IMG/VR virus record: IMGVR_UViG_3300045922_000174
From: a virus
Strand: one strand, 5' to 3'
Length of the DNA stretch: 42,869 nt
The notes under the pieces were generated by a model. That model was not told the DNA's origin. It saw only the letters and a program-made list of their open reading frames with translations, and did not search any database. Shown in pieces: positions 33,741 through 41,024 of this stretch (its first letter is position 1; every line of letters starts with the position of its first letter). Both the position numbers and the translations under genes were made by a program.

Positions 33741-33942
33741 TTTCTCCTCCTTCCACAATCTCCAGCAACTCCGGCGGGGCAATTATGCGCATTATCCTTT
33801 TGATTTCCTCCGGTATGTTCTGCCACGCAATATCTACAAGTTTCATGTCCGGCGCGTTCCACTCCGCCTCGAACTTCTCCCGCCATTCCAGCACCTGATT
33901 CATACCAAACAGTATCGCATCACTGGCTCGTAAGGCATCCAT
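33721..33942 (-). CDS. Hypothetical protein (73 aa)
   Basis: The ATG at 33942 overlaps the portal stop (TGATG) and has GAGGAGGA upstream. I recognise no motif. Confidence 0.55.
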   Translation of the reverse strand: MDALRASDAILFGMNQVLEWREKFEAEWNAPDMKLVDIAWQNIPEEIKRIMRIIAPPELLEIVEGGENGKQYS

Positions 33943-35696
33943 CACAATTCCTCCTCGCCCGGTAATCCGCGCTCAAATAATGGTTTGACCGGCTCCTGTA
34001 ACGGAAATCCTTGCAATCCCATTTGTGCTTCACCGCCATTCGCCCCGGGCGGCATCGGCGGCATCTCACCCGGCGGTTGTTGCGGCGGCATCTGCTCCAT
34101 TCCAGCCGGCGGCATCCCACCCGGCGGCATTCCACCTTGCATCATCTGTTGTGCCATCTGTTGTTGCTGTTGCGCCTGCATCATCTCTTCCTGTAGCATT
34201 TGCATAAAGCGCATTTGTGCCGCACGCTCACTCCATACGCGGTATTGCTCCATGTCCGGTTGCTCAATGCCCAAGAACTTACTGCGGGCATATTCCAGAC
34301 TGGCTAACGGATTTTCTCCTTGTGTCAACTGCAGGGCAATCATCGCATTCACGCGTTCATCCTGCGGCAAATCAATATCTAATTGTACGCTTACCTCAAA
34401 TTCATCGGGAATGTCATTGACATCATAATCAATATATCCATCATCTGTCACCACCCGTCCGCTCTCCCCCACCGTCTTCAGTATCTTGAAAGCGCACTTC
34501 AGCGCATCGCCAATTGCCCACGAAATCGTCCGCTGGTACGGCACTAACGGCAAGCGTCCAGACTGCGAAAGTAATGCCACCATGCTGAACGGCGCATTTG
34601 CACCCAACGGCTCACCCAACGTTTGACGATAAATTGTGCTATCCGCCGACAATTTATCGTACATCTCATTCATCTGCATCAGACTTGGGTCAAGTACCTG
34701 CTTCGCCAACGGCTGATAATCCTCATCGGCATCTATCGTCACCCGCCCGCCCGGCTGACTGAAGTCCATGTCCGGCGCGGTTTTGTCAGGACGGTTGCGC
34801 TTGTACAGGAACAACGGATTTGCACCTATCGCAAAGGCAAGCGATGACTGCAACGTCAATGATAAATTCTGTCGAAATACTAAATTGCTCTTCCACAACG
34901 TGTACAAAAACGGCTGGCGTGTCTGGTACACATCGCGCCCAAATTGGGAAGCAGAAAATAACTCGCTCCCTTCGCACACCTGACAAATGACGGGAATGTA
35001 CCCCCACGGGTTTTCCTCGTCAATCGCCGGTCTTTCCTGCCCTTCCACCCAAACCACATGCTGGTCAAAATCCCAATACTCGTACACCTTTATATCATCG
35101 GTGTCTTTCCGCCCTTCGATATTCTCCAACTTCAGAATGTCCCGCATGTCACCAACCCGCCGCATCTGCGCCGATACATACGCTTTCAATCCCATCTCAT
35201 CCATCACCGGATACCCCGCCGTTGGATTGATGACATCAAAAATAATCGGCGTCCGCTTCGCCAATTCCTGCAATCGCCTGTTCTTCGGATTGGACTGCAA
35301 CATCTGAACCGTGCTTTTTACGGCTATCTGGACTTCACTGTACAACAATCCAGACAACACGGCGTCATAATGCACCGGCTTCCCGCGAATACGACCAGCG
35401 GCACGCCATAAGACGTTCCCTAATCGCTCAATCTTGGACGCTTGCTCTGTCTTATAGTCCTGATTGTATTCTTCCGCAATCGAGATTTTCGGGTCTGCCG
35501 CCGTCAATAACCTGACCGCACCAACCAGCGCATTTCGCGCGTCAGGATGACGTGTCGGCTTTATCCAGTCATTGTCCGGCAAATCCCCCATGTCCTCCAG
35601 CAGGTAAATCTTCTCCATCTCTCGAAACATCTTGTCTCGATTGGAGTATCCAGAGATTACATCACTGGCATAACGTTTCACTTCATCAAAATTCAT
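33942..35696 (-). CDS. Portal protein (putative) with a Q/M/P/G-rich low-complexity C-terminus
   Basis: 584 aa, immediately downstream of terL and of typical portal size. The C-terminal 90 aa are low in complexity (MQAQQQQQMAQQMMQGGMPPGGMPPAGMEQMPPQQPPGEMPPMPPG...). Confidence 0.7.
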   Translation of the reverse strand: MNFDEVKRYASDVISGYSNRDKMFREMEKIYLLEDMGDLPDNDWIKPTRHPDARNALVGAVRLLTAADPKISIAEEYNQDYKTEQASKIERLGNVLWRAAGRIRGKPVHYDAVLSGLLYSEVQIAVKSTVQMLQSNPKNRRLQELAKRTPIIFDVINPTAGYPVMDEMGLKAYVSAQMRRVGDMRDILKLENIEGRKDTDDIKVYEYWDFDQHVVWVEGQERPAIDEENPWGYIPVICQVCEGSELFSASQFGRDVYQTRQPFLYTLWKSNLVFRQNLSLTLQSSLAFAIGANPLFLYKRNRPDKTAPDMDFSQPGGRVTIDADEDYQPLAKQVLDPSLMQMNEMYDKLSADSTIYRQTLGEPLGANAPFSMVALLSQSGRLPLVPYQRTISWAIGDALKCAFKILKTVGESGRVVTDDGYIDYDVNDIPDEFEVSVQLDIDLPQDERVNAMIALQLTQGENPLASLEYARSKFLGIEQPDMEQYRVWSERAAQMRFMQMLQEEMMQAQQQQQMAQQMMQGGMPPGGMPPAGMEQMPPQQPPGEMPPMPPGANGGEAQMGLQGFPLQEPVKPLFERGLPGEEEL

Positions 35697-35699
35697 CGC

Positions 35700-37172
35700 C
35701 TACCTCGCTTTCAACCACGGGTTATTCCGCTCCATTTTACCCTTCGCCGGCTGACCGGCGTAATCTACCAGCGTATTGAACGCCGTTGACGCGGCATCTA
35801 CCATGTCATCATGAATCTTATCGGGAAAACCGTGTAACTGCGATAAGAACGCATCTACCCATCGCCCGGCAACCAGACGCACCAAACCCTGCTCCGCCGC
35901 GCTGGAAAATCCCATCGCACGTTGCACTTTGTCCCCATACGCCGGGACACCATCACAATTGATTGTCCCGAATTTGCTCGTCAGCAACCGCTTCAACCGC
36001 TCCGTTTCCCGTATTCCTGCACTACCCGGCTCCACTTCCCACCGCAACACGTAATGCGCTCCCGCCGCTTCAGCAAGTTTCCGGTCACGTTCAGCGGTCA
36101 AGGCTATCACATCGTCTAATTCACCGGCACTGTATCGCTCATTGATTACGTCCATGACGTAATAATACCCGCCTACCTTCCTCATCTTCACGCCCGCCGT
36201 GTAGTCCGGGTCATTATTCCGCAAACTGCGCAACGTTGCCGCAAAATCCCATGCCCGGCATTCCACACCACCATCAGGAACGTAATTCACCACTTCGAAC
36301 CACTGTGAATTGAACACTTTGCCGGCTTCCGCGCGGATTTTCCAGTTCCCGCCGCGCTTTGCGTCACCCAAAAAACGCTCACGCTCCACATATTGTAACA
36401 TCTGCAAGCGTGACAGGTAATTGGGGTCTTTCTCTAACAACAATTTATTGTCATACACCGTAGCAGGGATAAACGTCATGCTTAATGTCTTGACGCCCGG
36501 ATACTCGTTCAGTATCACGTTCTCGTTTTCCGCCATCTTCAATTCATCGTTTATCCGCGCTATCCATACAATCTTCCCCGCTTTGGATAAATCGGCATAC
36601 CCATCATCGCCTATCCAGTATGACAATAATTGCGGTAGCCAATCTGAACCCTCATCCCGCGGGTCAGGAGGGTTACACGTGGCGCGCACACGCGGAGGAA
36701 CGCCGCATGTCGTGCGGTTGCGCGCCATTAAGTACCAGAATGCACGCTCCGAAAAATGCTCCAACTGGTCAAACGCAAGCAAAGCAATTTGCGCGCCATC
36801 ATACTTGTACAAATCGCCGTCCGACTGGCAGTGACCAAACGCCACCACCGCGCCGGACGGAAAACGCCATTCCATGTCCTTTTCGGACGCACGCGCCCCC
36901 AACAACGGGTATATCCGGGACGCTTCATCCCACAACCCGCCCGGCTTCGTCACGTCCGCATACGTCCGCCGGAATATCAGCGCACGAAAACCGGGAACAT
37001 TTATATCCCGCAACGGGTCAAGCAGTAATGCCCATGTCTTCCCGCCGCCCGCCGCGCCGCCATAAATGGCAATATCGGCAGGTGTGGACAGGAATTCTTC
37101 CTGCCGTCCGGGTTGCGGTTTGATAATAACCGCTTCGGCGTCACTCGTTGTCACCGGTGGGCGGTAGAACAT
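35700..37172 (-). CDS. terL: Terminase large subunit
   Basis: 490 aa. The Walker A motif is IYGGAAGGGKTWALL. The Walker B/coupling region is LLAFDQLEHF, followed by ATCNP. A C-terminal nuclease-like region contains ...CRAWDFAAT... and ...HDDMVDA. Confidence 0.9.
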   Translation of the reverse strand: MFYRPPVTTSDAEAVIIKPQPGRQEEFLSTPADIAIYGGAAGGGKTWALLLDPLRDINVPGFRALIFRRTYADVTKPGGLWDEASRIYPLLGARASEKDMEWRFPSGAVVAFGHCQSDGDLYKYDGAQIALLAFDQLEHFSERAFWYLMARNRTTCGVPPRVRATCNPPDPRDEGSDWLPQLLSYWIGDDGYADLSKAGKIVWIARINDELKMAENENVILNEYPGVKTLSMTFIPATVYDNKLLLEKDPNYLSRLQMLQYVERERFLGDAKRGGNWKIRAEAGKVFNSQWFEVVNYVPDGGVECRAWDFAATLRSLRNNDPDYTAGVKMRKVGGYYYVMDVINERYSAGELDDVIALTAERDRKLAEAAGAHYVLRWEVEPGSAGIRETERLKRLLTSKFGTINCDGVPAYGDKVQRAMGFSSAAEQGLVRLVAGRWVDAFLSQLHGFPDKIHDDMVDAASTAFNTLVDYAGQPAKGKMERNNPWLKAR

Positions 37173-37722
37173 CTATCACCTCTTGCGCTTGCGCCATTCT
37201 GCGGTGATTGTCAGGTATGTACACCACAACGTTATTGGTCGTCTCTACGCGGTCAACCATCATCCCGTACATCCGCGCCAATGCCAATAACGCCGTCAAC
37301 TTATCGTACATCTCCACATCTACGCTCCCGTCACGATTTAGCCGGATTTTACGGATAAGACCGGTCAACCCCTTTTCCTTCGCCGCTTTCAGGTTGAATT
37401 TGCCGTCCTCATCTATGAACTCCCCGATGTCACCGCGCGCAATCTCCGCAATCCGGGATTTGACCTCGTCCGCACTCATGCTCATCTTCTGGAGATGATA
37501 CATGACCGCTTCGCGGACAATGGGTATCATCATCAGGGAACGCCCCTTATCCTGCTTGTCTTTCAGGTCGTAGCCGGCTAGTTTAACCGCTTCAACGTAG
37601 GATGACGTTTGGGCGTAGTACTTGGCAAATAGCCAAGTCTTGTAATCCATGCGCTGGAAGTATGCCGGCCGGTCATCCACGACCGGACTTTGTTCGTCAG
37701 CAGGTTTCAGACGGTTTGTCAT
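37141..37722 (-). CDS. terS: Terminase small subunit (Terminase_2-like)
   Basis: 193 aa. WLFAKYYAQTSSYVEAVKLAGYDLKDKQDKGRSLM is an HTH region as in small terminases. ...MSADEVKSRIAEIARGD... and KLTALLALARMYGM also fit, and the gene sits directly upstream of terL. Confidence 0.8.
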   Translation of the reverse strand: MTNRLKPADEQSPVVDDRPAYFQRMDYKTWLFAKYYAQTSSYVEAVKLAGYDLKDKQDKGRSLMMIPIVREAVMYHLQKMSMSADEVKSRIAEIARGDIGEFIDEDGKFNLKAAKEKGLTGLIRKIRLNRDGSVDVEMYDKLTALLALARMYGMMVDRVETTNNVVVYIPDNHRRMAQAQEVIDVLPPTGDNE

Positions 37723-38099
37723 TCCTCACCATGCATAACGCCGTTATCCGGTTTGGCAGGGAACATCTCCCCATAAATCGCTTTGGCGTTACCTACGATT
37801 GACGACACGACACGCGCCACCGCGGCAAGCCAAGCCGCAGTGACGACGGTATCGCTGGCGATGTAGGCGTAATCGCCCATGGTGTCAGGAACGGCGGCAC
37901 GCGCAAGAATGGCGAACGCCGCCCAACCGACAAGCAAGGGTAATACGCTTGTCTGGTAAAACCGCGCCAATTCGTAAAACGAGAATTGACCGCGCTTGAT
38001 AGCCAGTGCTACGCCTAGGATGACGTCAGCGGCTATGAGTGCAAGCAACGTCTGAATCTGCGTCCCGAACGCGGATAGAACGTTTAGGGTAATCTCCAT
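37719..38099 (-). CDS. Three-TM membrane protein, holin-like (phage holin family 4 / LL-H-like pattern)
   Basis: 126 aa with RBS AGGAGGTG. TM1 LLALIAADVILGVALAIKRGQFS resembles the (I/L)DxxTG(V)xxAxxxxxxxS motif of toxin-secretion/phage-lysis holins. Two further TM segments follow. It is the first gene after the leftward promoter. Confidence 0.5.
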   Translation of the reverse strand: MEITLNVLSAFGTQIQTLLALIAADVILGVALAIKRGQFSFYELARFYQTSVLPLLVGWAAFAILARAAVPDTMGDYAYIASDTVVTAAWLAAVARVVSSIVGNAKAIYGEMFPAKPDNGVMHGEE

Positions 38100-38118
38100 G
38101 CGTCACCTCCTACCACCC

Positions 38119-38147
38119 ATTATAACTATCGCTTCTCCAGTTTTCAA
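38119..38147 (-). promoter_or_regulatory. Near-consensus sigma70-type promoter for the leftward gene train (TTGAAA-17-TATAAT)
   Basis: The minus strand reads TTGAAA (38147..38142), a 17-nt spacer, then TATAAT (38124..38119). AGGAGG and the ATG at 38099 follow about 20 nt downstream. Confidence 0.7.
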
Positions 38148-38154
38148 TCATTCA

Positions 38155-38690
38155 CGGCACGCACAGGAAGCGGCGATACCTGCAAACGGCGCGCGGTCAC
38201 GCTGGACGCCGAACACAGGAAGCCGGCAGGACGCGCCGCGCATACGCGCGGCGGCGGCGCGCGAAGCGCGCCGCACTGCCACAGTCTGGACGCCACCAGA
38301 CCGGATAACAGGAACTCCCGCCCCGGGCGCGGAACGCGCGCACTGGAACGCTGGACGCTGGACGCTCCAGCAGGTATCCGAACGCGCGCACTGGACGCCG
38401 CGCCACACAGGAACACGCGCCGCGCGTATGGTCACGCTCCAGCAAGACAGGGAACGGCGAACGCTCCGGCCGGCTTCCTGCGTTTCATTCTTACTTGCGT
38501 TTCACGCACTGCGCCGCGCCGCTCCGCGCAAGCAAAAACCGCTTGCGCTCCGCTTGCGCGTGTTCGTCCTCTCCCTGCCAAAAAGACGCTTCCTGCACAG
38601 GAAGAGAGAACGCCGCGCGCTGGAACGCACAGGAACGCGCCGAAACGCCGCACAGGATGACGCCCCGCGCGCGCGCTGGACGATGAACAA
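38155..38690. repeat. GC-rich non-coding island densely packed with short direct and inverted motifs (CACAGGAA and CTGGA(A)CGC families)
   Basis: (C/A)ACAGGAA-type motifs start at 38162, 38214, 38307, 38406, 38446 (degenerate), 38596, 38628 and 38651, with inverted CTTCCTG at 38474 and 38589. CTGGA(A)CG(C/A) starts at 38202, 38286, 38343, 38351, 38358, 38391, 38620 and 38676. A 13-nt long-range inverted repeat pairs CATACGCGCGGCG (38241..38253) with CGCCGCGCGTATG (38417..38429). A hairpin GCGCAAGC-N7-GCTTGCGC lies at about 38525..38547. All six frames are open only because stop codons are rare in GC-rich DNA. Confidence 0.8.
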
Positions 38691-38784
38691 ATGTAACAAC
38701 AGAATGTTACAAATGATAACGGACATTGCGCGCGCGGAAAGTTTCCAGTGAGAGACACTCTCAAAACTGGTGAATTTTGGGGAC

Positions 38785-38813
38785 TTGCAAATTACAATAT
38801 TGTTTGTTACAAT
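38785..38813 (+). promoter_or_regulatory. Near-consensus sigma70-type early promoter for the rightward block (TTGCAA-17-TACAAT)
   Basis: TTGCAA lies at 38785..38790, followed by a 17-nt spacer and TACAAT at 38808..38813. The upstream flank is AT-rich. AAAGGAGA and the ATG at 38852 follow. Confidence 0.7.
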
Positions 38814-38851
38814 AGTGTAAAACACATTCCCAAACAGAAAGGAGATAAACC

Positions 38852-39169
38852 ATGAGCAAGATAGAGGAGTTTTTAGAAAGACTGAACGAAAGTGTGGAGG
38901 GGTTGAACGTAAGCGAAGAATACTTTGTGGACGGCGTTTTGAATCTGCTTTGTGACCTAGAAGACTTTTCGGAAAGCCGGCGGAATGCTGAAGAGATTAT
39001 CGAGAAAGCGCGCAAGGTGAACGCGAGCGGAAAGAAAGTGCCGCGTTTCGTGAAAGTTCTTGCGACGTGCGAAGATTACCCGGAAAAGCGAACGGCGGTT
39101 TGGGTTGCGTATTTTACTGCGGACAATGACTGCTACGATTGTCTGCTACCCAAACCGGAAGCGGTCTAG
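38852..39169 (+). CDS. Hypothetical early protein (105 aa) with a strongly acidic N-terminal half
   Basis: It is the first gene after the early promoter, with RBS AAAGGAGA. The product begins MSKIEEFLERLNESVEGLNVSEEYFVDGVLNLLCDLEDFSE... Confidence 0.75.
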   Translation: MSKIEEFLERLNESVEGLNVSEEYFVDGVLNLLCDLEDFSESRRNAEEIIEKARKVNASGKKVPRFVKVLATCEDYPEKRTAVWVAYFTADNDCYDCLLPKPEAV

Positions 39170-39190
39170 AGTTAAGTAATCAATTCAAAC

Positions 39191-39223
39191 CCTAGCCGGG
39201 TAGGCGGTCAGACCCGGCAAAGG
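39191..39223 (+). promoter_or_regulatory. Conserved RNA hairpin, copy 1, able to pair with the Shine-Dalgarno sequence of the downstream gene
   Basis: The stem pairs GCCGGGT (39195..39201) with ACCCGGC (39212..39218) around the loop aggcggtcag. Flanking CCT (39191..39193) can pair with AGG (39221..39223) of the AAAGGAG RBS of the gene starting at 39231. Confidence 0.5.
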
Positions 39224-39230
39224 AGAAACA

Positions 39231-39725
39231 ATGAAAATCAAGATGAGCGATAGACACGGCGTGATAGAGGAGTGGAACGTCAAGTCTCACTACTACGACA
39301 TGGAGTTCCCGGTTGTAATATGCGTCAATGGCGATGAGGAAGCAGAGTTCATCCTTGCCCGGCATGACGAACACGCGGGCGAACTTGCTAAACTCCACTG
39401 GTTATATATGGCAATGTCCGACCCGCGGGAATTTGCGGAAATCATCGGCATTGAAACAATGGTGTCGTGGTTGCTTGGCGATTGGGCAGGGCCCGGGAAC
39501 GAACACGCGCGGTCATTTGAGGAATGGTTGAATGATGTTGTTTCAAGGTATCCTGCAGAAACCCTGTCCGTTGACGACATGGCGCGAACGGTGTTTGAAA
39601 ACGAGGAACTAGAAGCGGAAGTTGGCTTCATGCCGCGATTAGCCTATCGGCGCGCACAAAGCGATAAATCTATTCATCCTGTTGAAGCCTTCGCCGGGTG
39701 GGCGGTGAAACCCGGCAGGAGATAA
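39231..39725 (+). CDS. Hypothetical early protein (164 aa), paralog of 39908..40315
   Basis: Good RBS. It shares with the 135-aa ORF the pattern A..AG..A......A..DP.EF....G..T...W..G......(S)..EWL.....E......GF.P..AY. Confidence 0.75.
   Translation: MKIKMSDRHGVIEEWNVKSHYYDMEFPVVICVNGDEEAEFILARHDEHAGELAKLHWLYMAMSDPREFAEIIGIETMVSWLLGDWAGPGNEHARSFEEWLNDVVSRYPAETLSVDDMARTVFENEELEAEVGFMPRLAYRRAQSDKSIHPVEAFAGWAVKPGRR
39688..39719 (+). promoter_or_regulatory. Conserved RNA hairpin, copy 2, able to pair with the Shine-Dalgarno sequence of the downstream gene
   Basis: The stem pairs GCCGGGT (39693..39699) with ACCCGGC (39710..39716) around the loop gggcggtgaa. CCT (39688..39690) can pair with AGG (39717..39719) of the AGGAGA RBS of the gene starting at 39728. 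It lies inside the 3' end of the preceding CDS. Confidence 0.5.
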
Positions 39726-39727
39726 AA

Positions 39728-39904
39728 ATGGACTATGACGAATTGCCCGAATGGGCAATGGAATATCCCGATGTAATCTGGTTGTGCGCAAGAGACGTCC
39801 CGTTCCGTTTTGACGTTTTGTGTGCAGAAGACGAGGACGAGCGGGACTACCTAATCAACCTTGCTGAATCGGTCAGAATCTATCACATACCAAGAGGAGA
39901 GTAA
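39728..39904 (+). CDS. Hypothetical early protein (58 aa), acidic
   Basis: ATG at 39728 (MDYDELPEWAMEYPDVIWLCARDVPFRFDVLCAEDEDERDYL...) after AGGAGA. The track start at 39698 lacks an RBS. Confidence 0.6.
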   Translation: MDYDELPEWAMEYPDVIWLCARDVPFRFDVLCAEDEDERDYLINLAESVRIYHIPRGE

Positions 39905-39907
39905 GCC

Positions 39908-40315
39908 ATGAGAATAAAAATTGACGGAATAGAGTACATCGCATGGAACATCTGGACGTATGGTGAGTATCTCCCGCTTGTGGAGATGGAGTACGGCGCA
40001 AAATACAGGGTTGCCGCAGACAAAGAAAGCGCAGGGATGGCGGCACAGGCGTATTTTGCTGACCTTGCTCACCGTGACCCCTACGAGTTTATCTTGATGG
40101 TTGGCGCGAAGACCATAATCAATTGGGCGCAGGGATGCCGCGGCGAAGCCTTCGGCATTGAGGCGTACTCGATGACCGAATGGCTGGAAAAGGCAACCGC
40201 AATTCCAGAAGTGGCATTCGGATTGAACATGCAGGAATACAAAGTTGATGAGGTGGATGAAGAAGTTATCAAAGCTCTTGGTTTTCGTCCAACCGTAGCA
40301 TATGAAACCTACTAA
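39908..40315 (+). CDS. Hypothetical early protein (135 aa), paralog of 39231..39725
   Basis: RBS is GAGGAGA. See the paralog pattern under 39231..39725. Confidence 0.75.
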   Translation: MRIKIDGIEYIAWNIWTYGEYLPLVEMEYGAKYRVAADKESAGMAAQAYFADLAHRDPYEFILMVGAKTIINWAQGCRGEAFGIEAYSMTEWLEKATAIPEVAFGLNMQEYKVDEVDEEVIKALGFRPTVAYETY

Positions 40316-40335
40316 TACAGAAAGGAGATGAGAAA

Positions 40336-40782
40336 ATGAAAATCAAATACACCCCCATCATTGACGTTGAAGCACAAATGGAAGCCGATGAGTTCGTGGG
40401 AGGGCTTGTCGAGAAGAGTAACGATGGACGTTACTACTTCGAACTCGAACACGATGACAACATCGAGACAATCCAGTTTGAGGTGAGAAAGAACGGGGTA
40501 AATGGGTATAACATTGTTTGGAAATGCCCAAAGTGCCTGATGAGAGTAATTCATTTTGGGGTTCGAAATCCGAAATTAAAGCGGGATGACCTCCTGCACC
40601 TCTCACATAAAATTATCGAACACCGGCACAGTTACTGCCTTGCCGACCGATTCGGAAATATGGAGAAAATCAGAAGGGAATTTTTCTCCCACCTCCACGA
40701 CAGCGAAAGTCCAGAGCCGGCGGCGGTGGCTATTTTTTACCTAGCAAACGCCCTGATGACGCTTCTTGACAAGGGAGAATAG
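40336..40782 (+). CDS. Hypothetical early protein (148 aa) with a possible Cys/His metal site
   Basis: RBS is AAAGGAGA. WKCPKCLMRVIHFG...HLSHKIIEHRHSYC suggests a zinc-binding element. Confidence 0.7.
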   Translation: MKIKYTPIIDVEAQMEADEFVGGLVEKSNDGRYYFELEHDDNIETIQFEVRKNGVNGYNIVWKCPKCLMRVIHFGVRNPKLKRDDLLHLSHKIIEHRHSYCLADRFGNMEKIRREFFSHLHDSESPEPAAVAIFYLANALMTLLDKGE

Positions 40783-40784
40783 CC

Positions 40785-41024
40785 ATGCGGAAAAGACCAT
40801 TCTCCAACGGTGCTGAATTTGTAGCATGGAAAGCGCGCAACTGCAACCGGTGCGCGCTGGAGTGGACGCCAGCCGATGGCTGGTCATGCGAAATAGAACG
40901 CGCGCTTGACTTCGCCGCCATGACGGGCGGGAAAGTGGACGAGGAAATCCTTGTCCGCATGGGGCAGGTCAATCACGCAAATAATTTGGTGTGGGATTGT
41001 CCCGAACGAAAGGAGATTACATGA
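40785..41024 (+). CDS. Hypothetical Cys-containing early protein (79 aa)
   Basis: RBS is AAGGGAGA. The product begins MRKRPFSNGAEFVAWKARNCNRCALEW...WDCPERK. It has an ATGA overlap with the next gene. Confidence 0.65.
   Translation: MRKRPFSNGAEFVAWKARNCNRCALEWTPADGWSCEIERALDFAAMTGGKVDEEILVRMGQVNHANNLVWDCPERKEIT

Noticed and set aside
33985-34428. Cluster of plus-strand ORFs (33985..34428, 34011..34196, 34025..34207) rich in Cys/Pro/His/Ala.
   Set aside because: They are antisense to the low-complexity Q/M/P/G-rich C-terminus of the portal gene and are artefacts of its repetitive codon usage.
38098-38825. Seven overlapping ORFs in several frames on both strands across the GC-rich island (for example 38098..38751 +, 217 aa; 38432..38764 -, 110 aa; 38502..38825 -, 107 aa).
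   Set aside because: None has a Shine-Dalgarno sequence. The products are Arg/Ala/Pro-rich low-complexity strings whose repeats merely mirror the DNA motifs. Multiple frames are open at once, as expected when stop codons are rare in GC-rich DNA. The 217-aa ORF would start inside the divergent promoter and RBS of the leftward operon.
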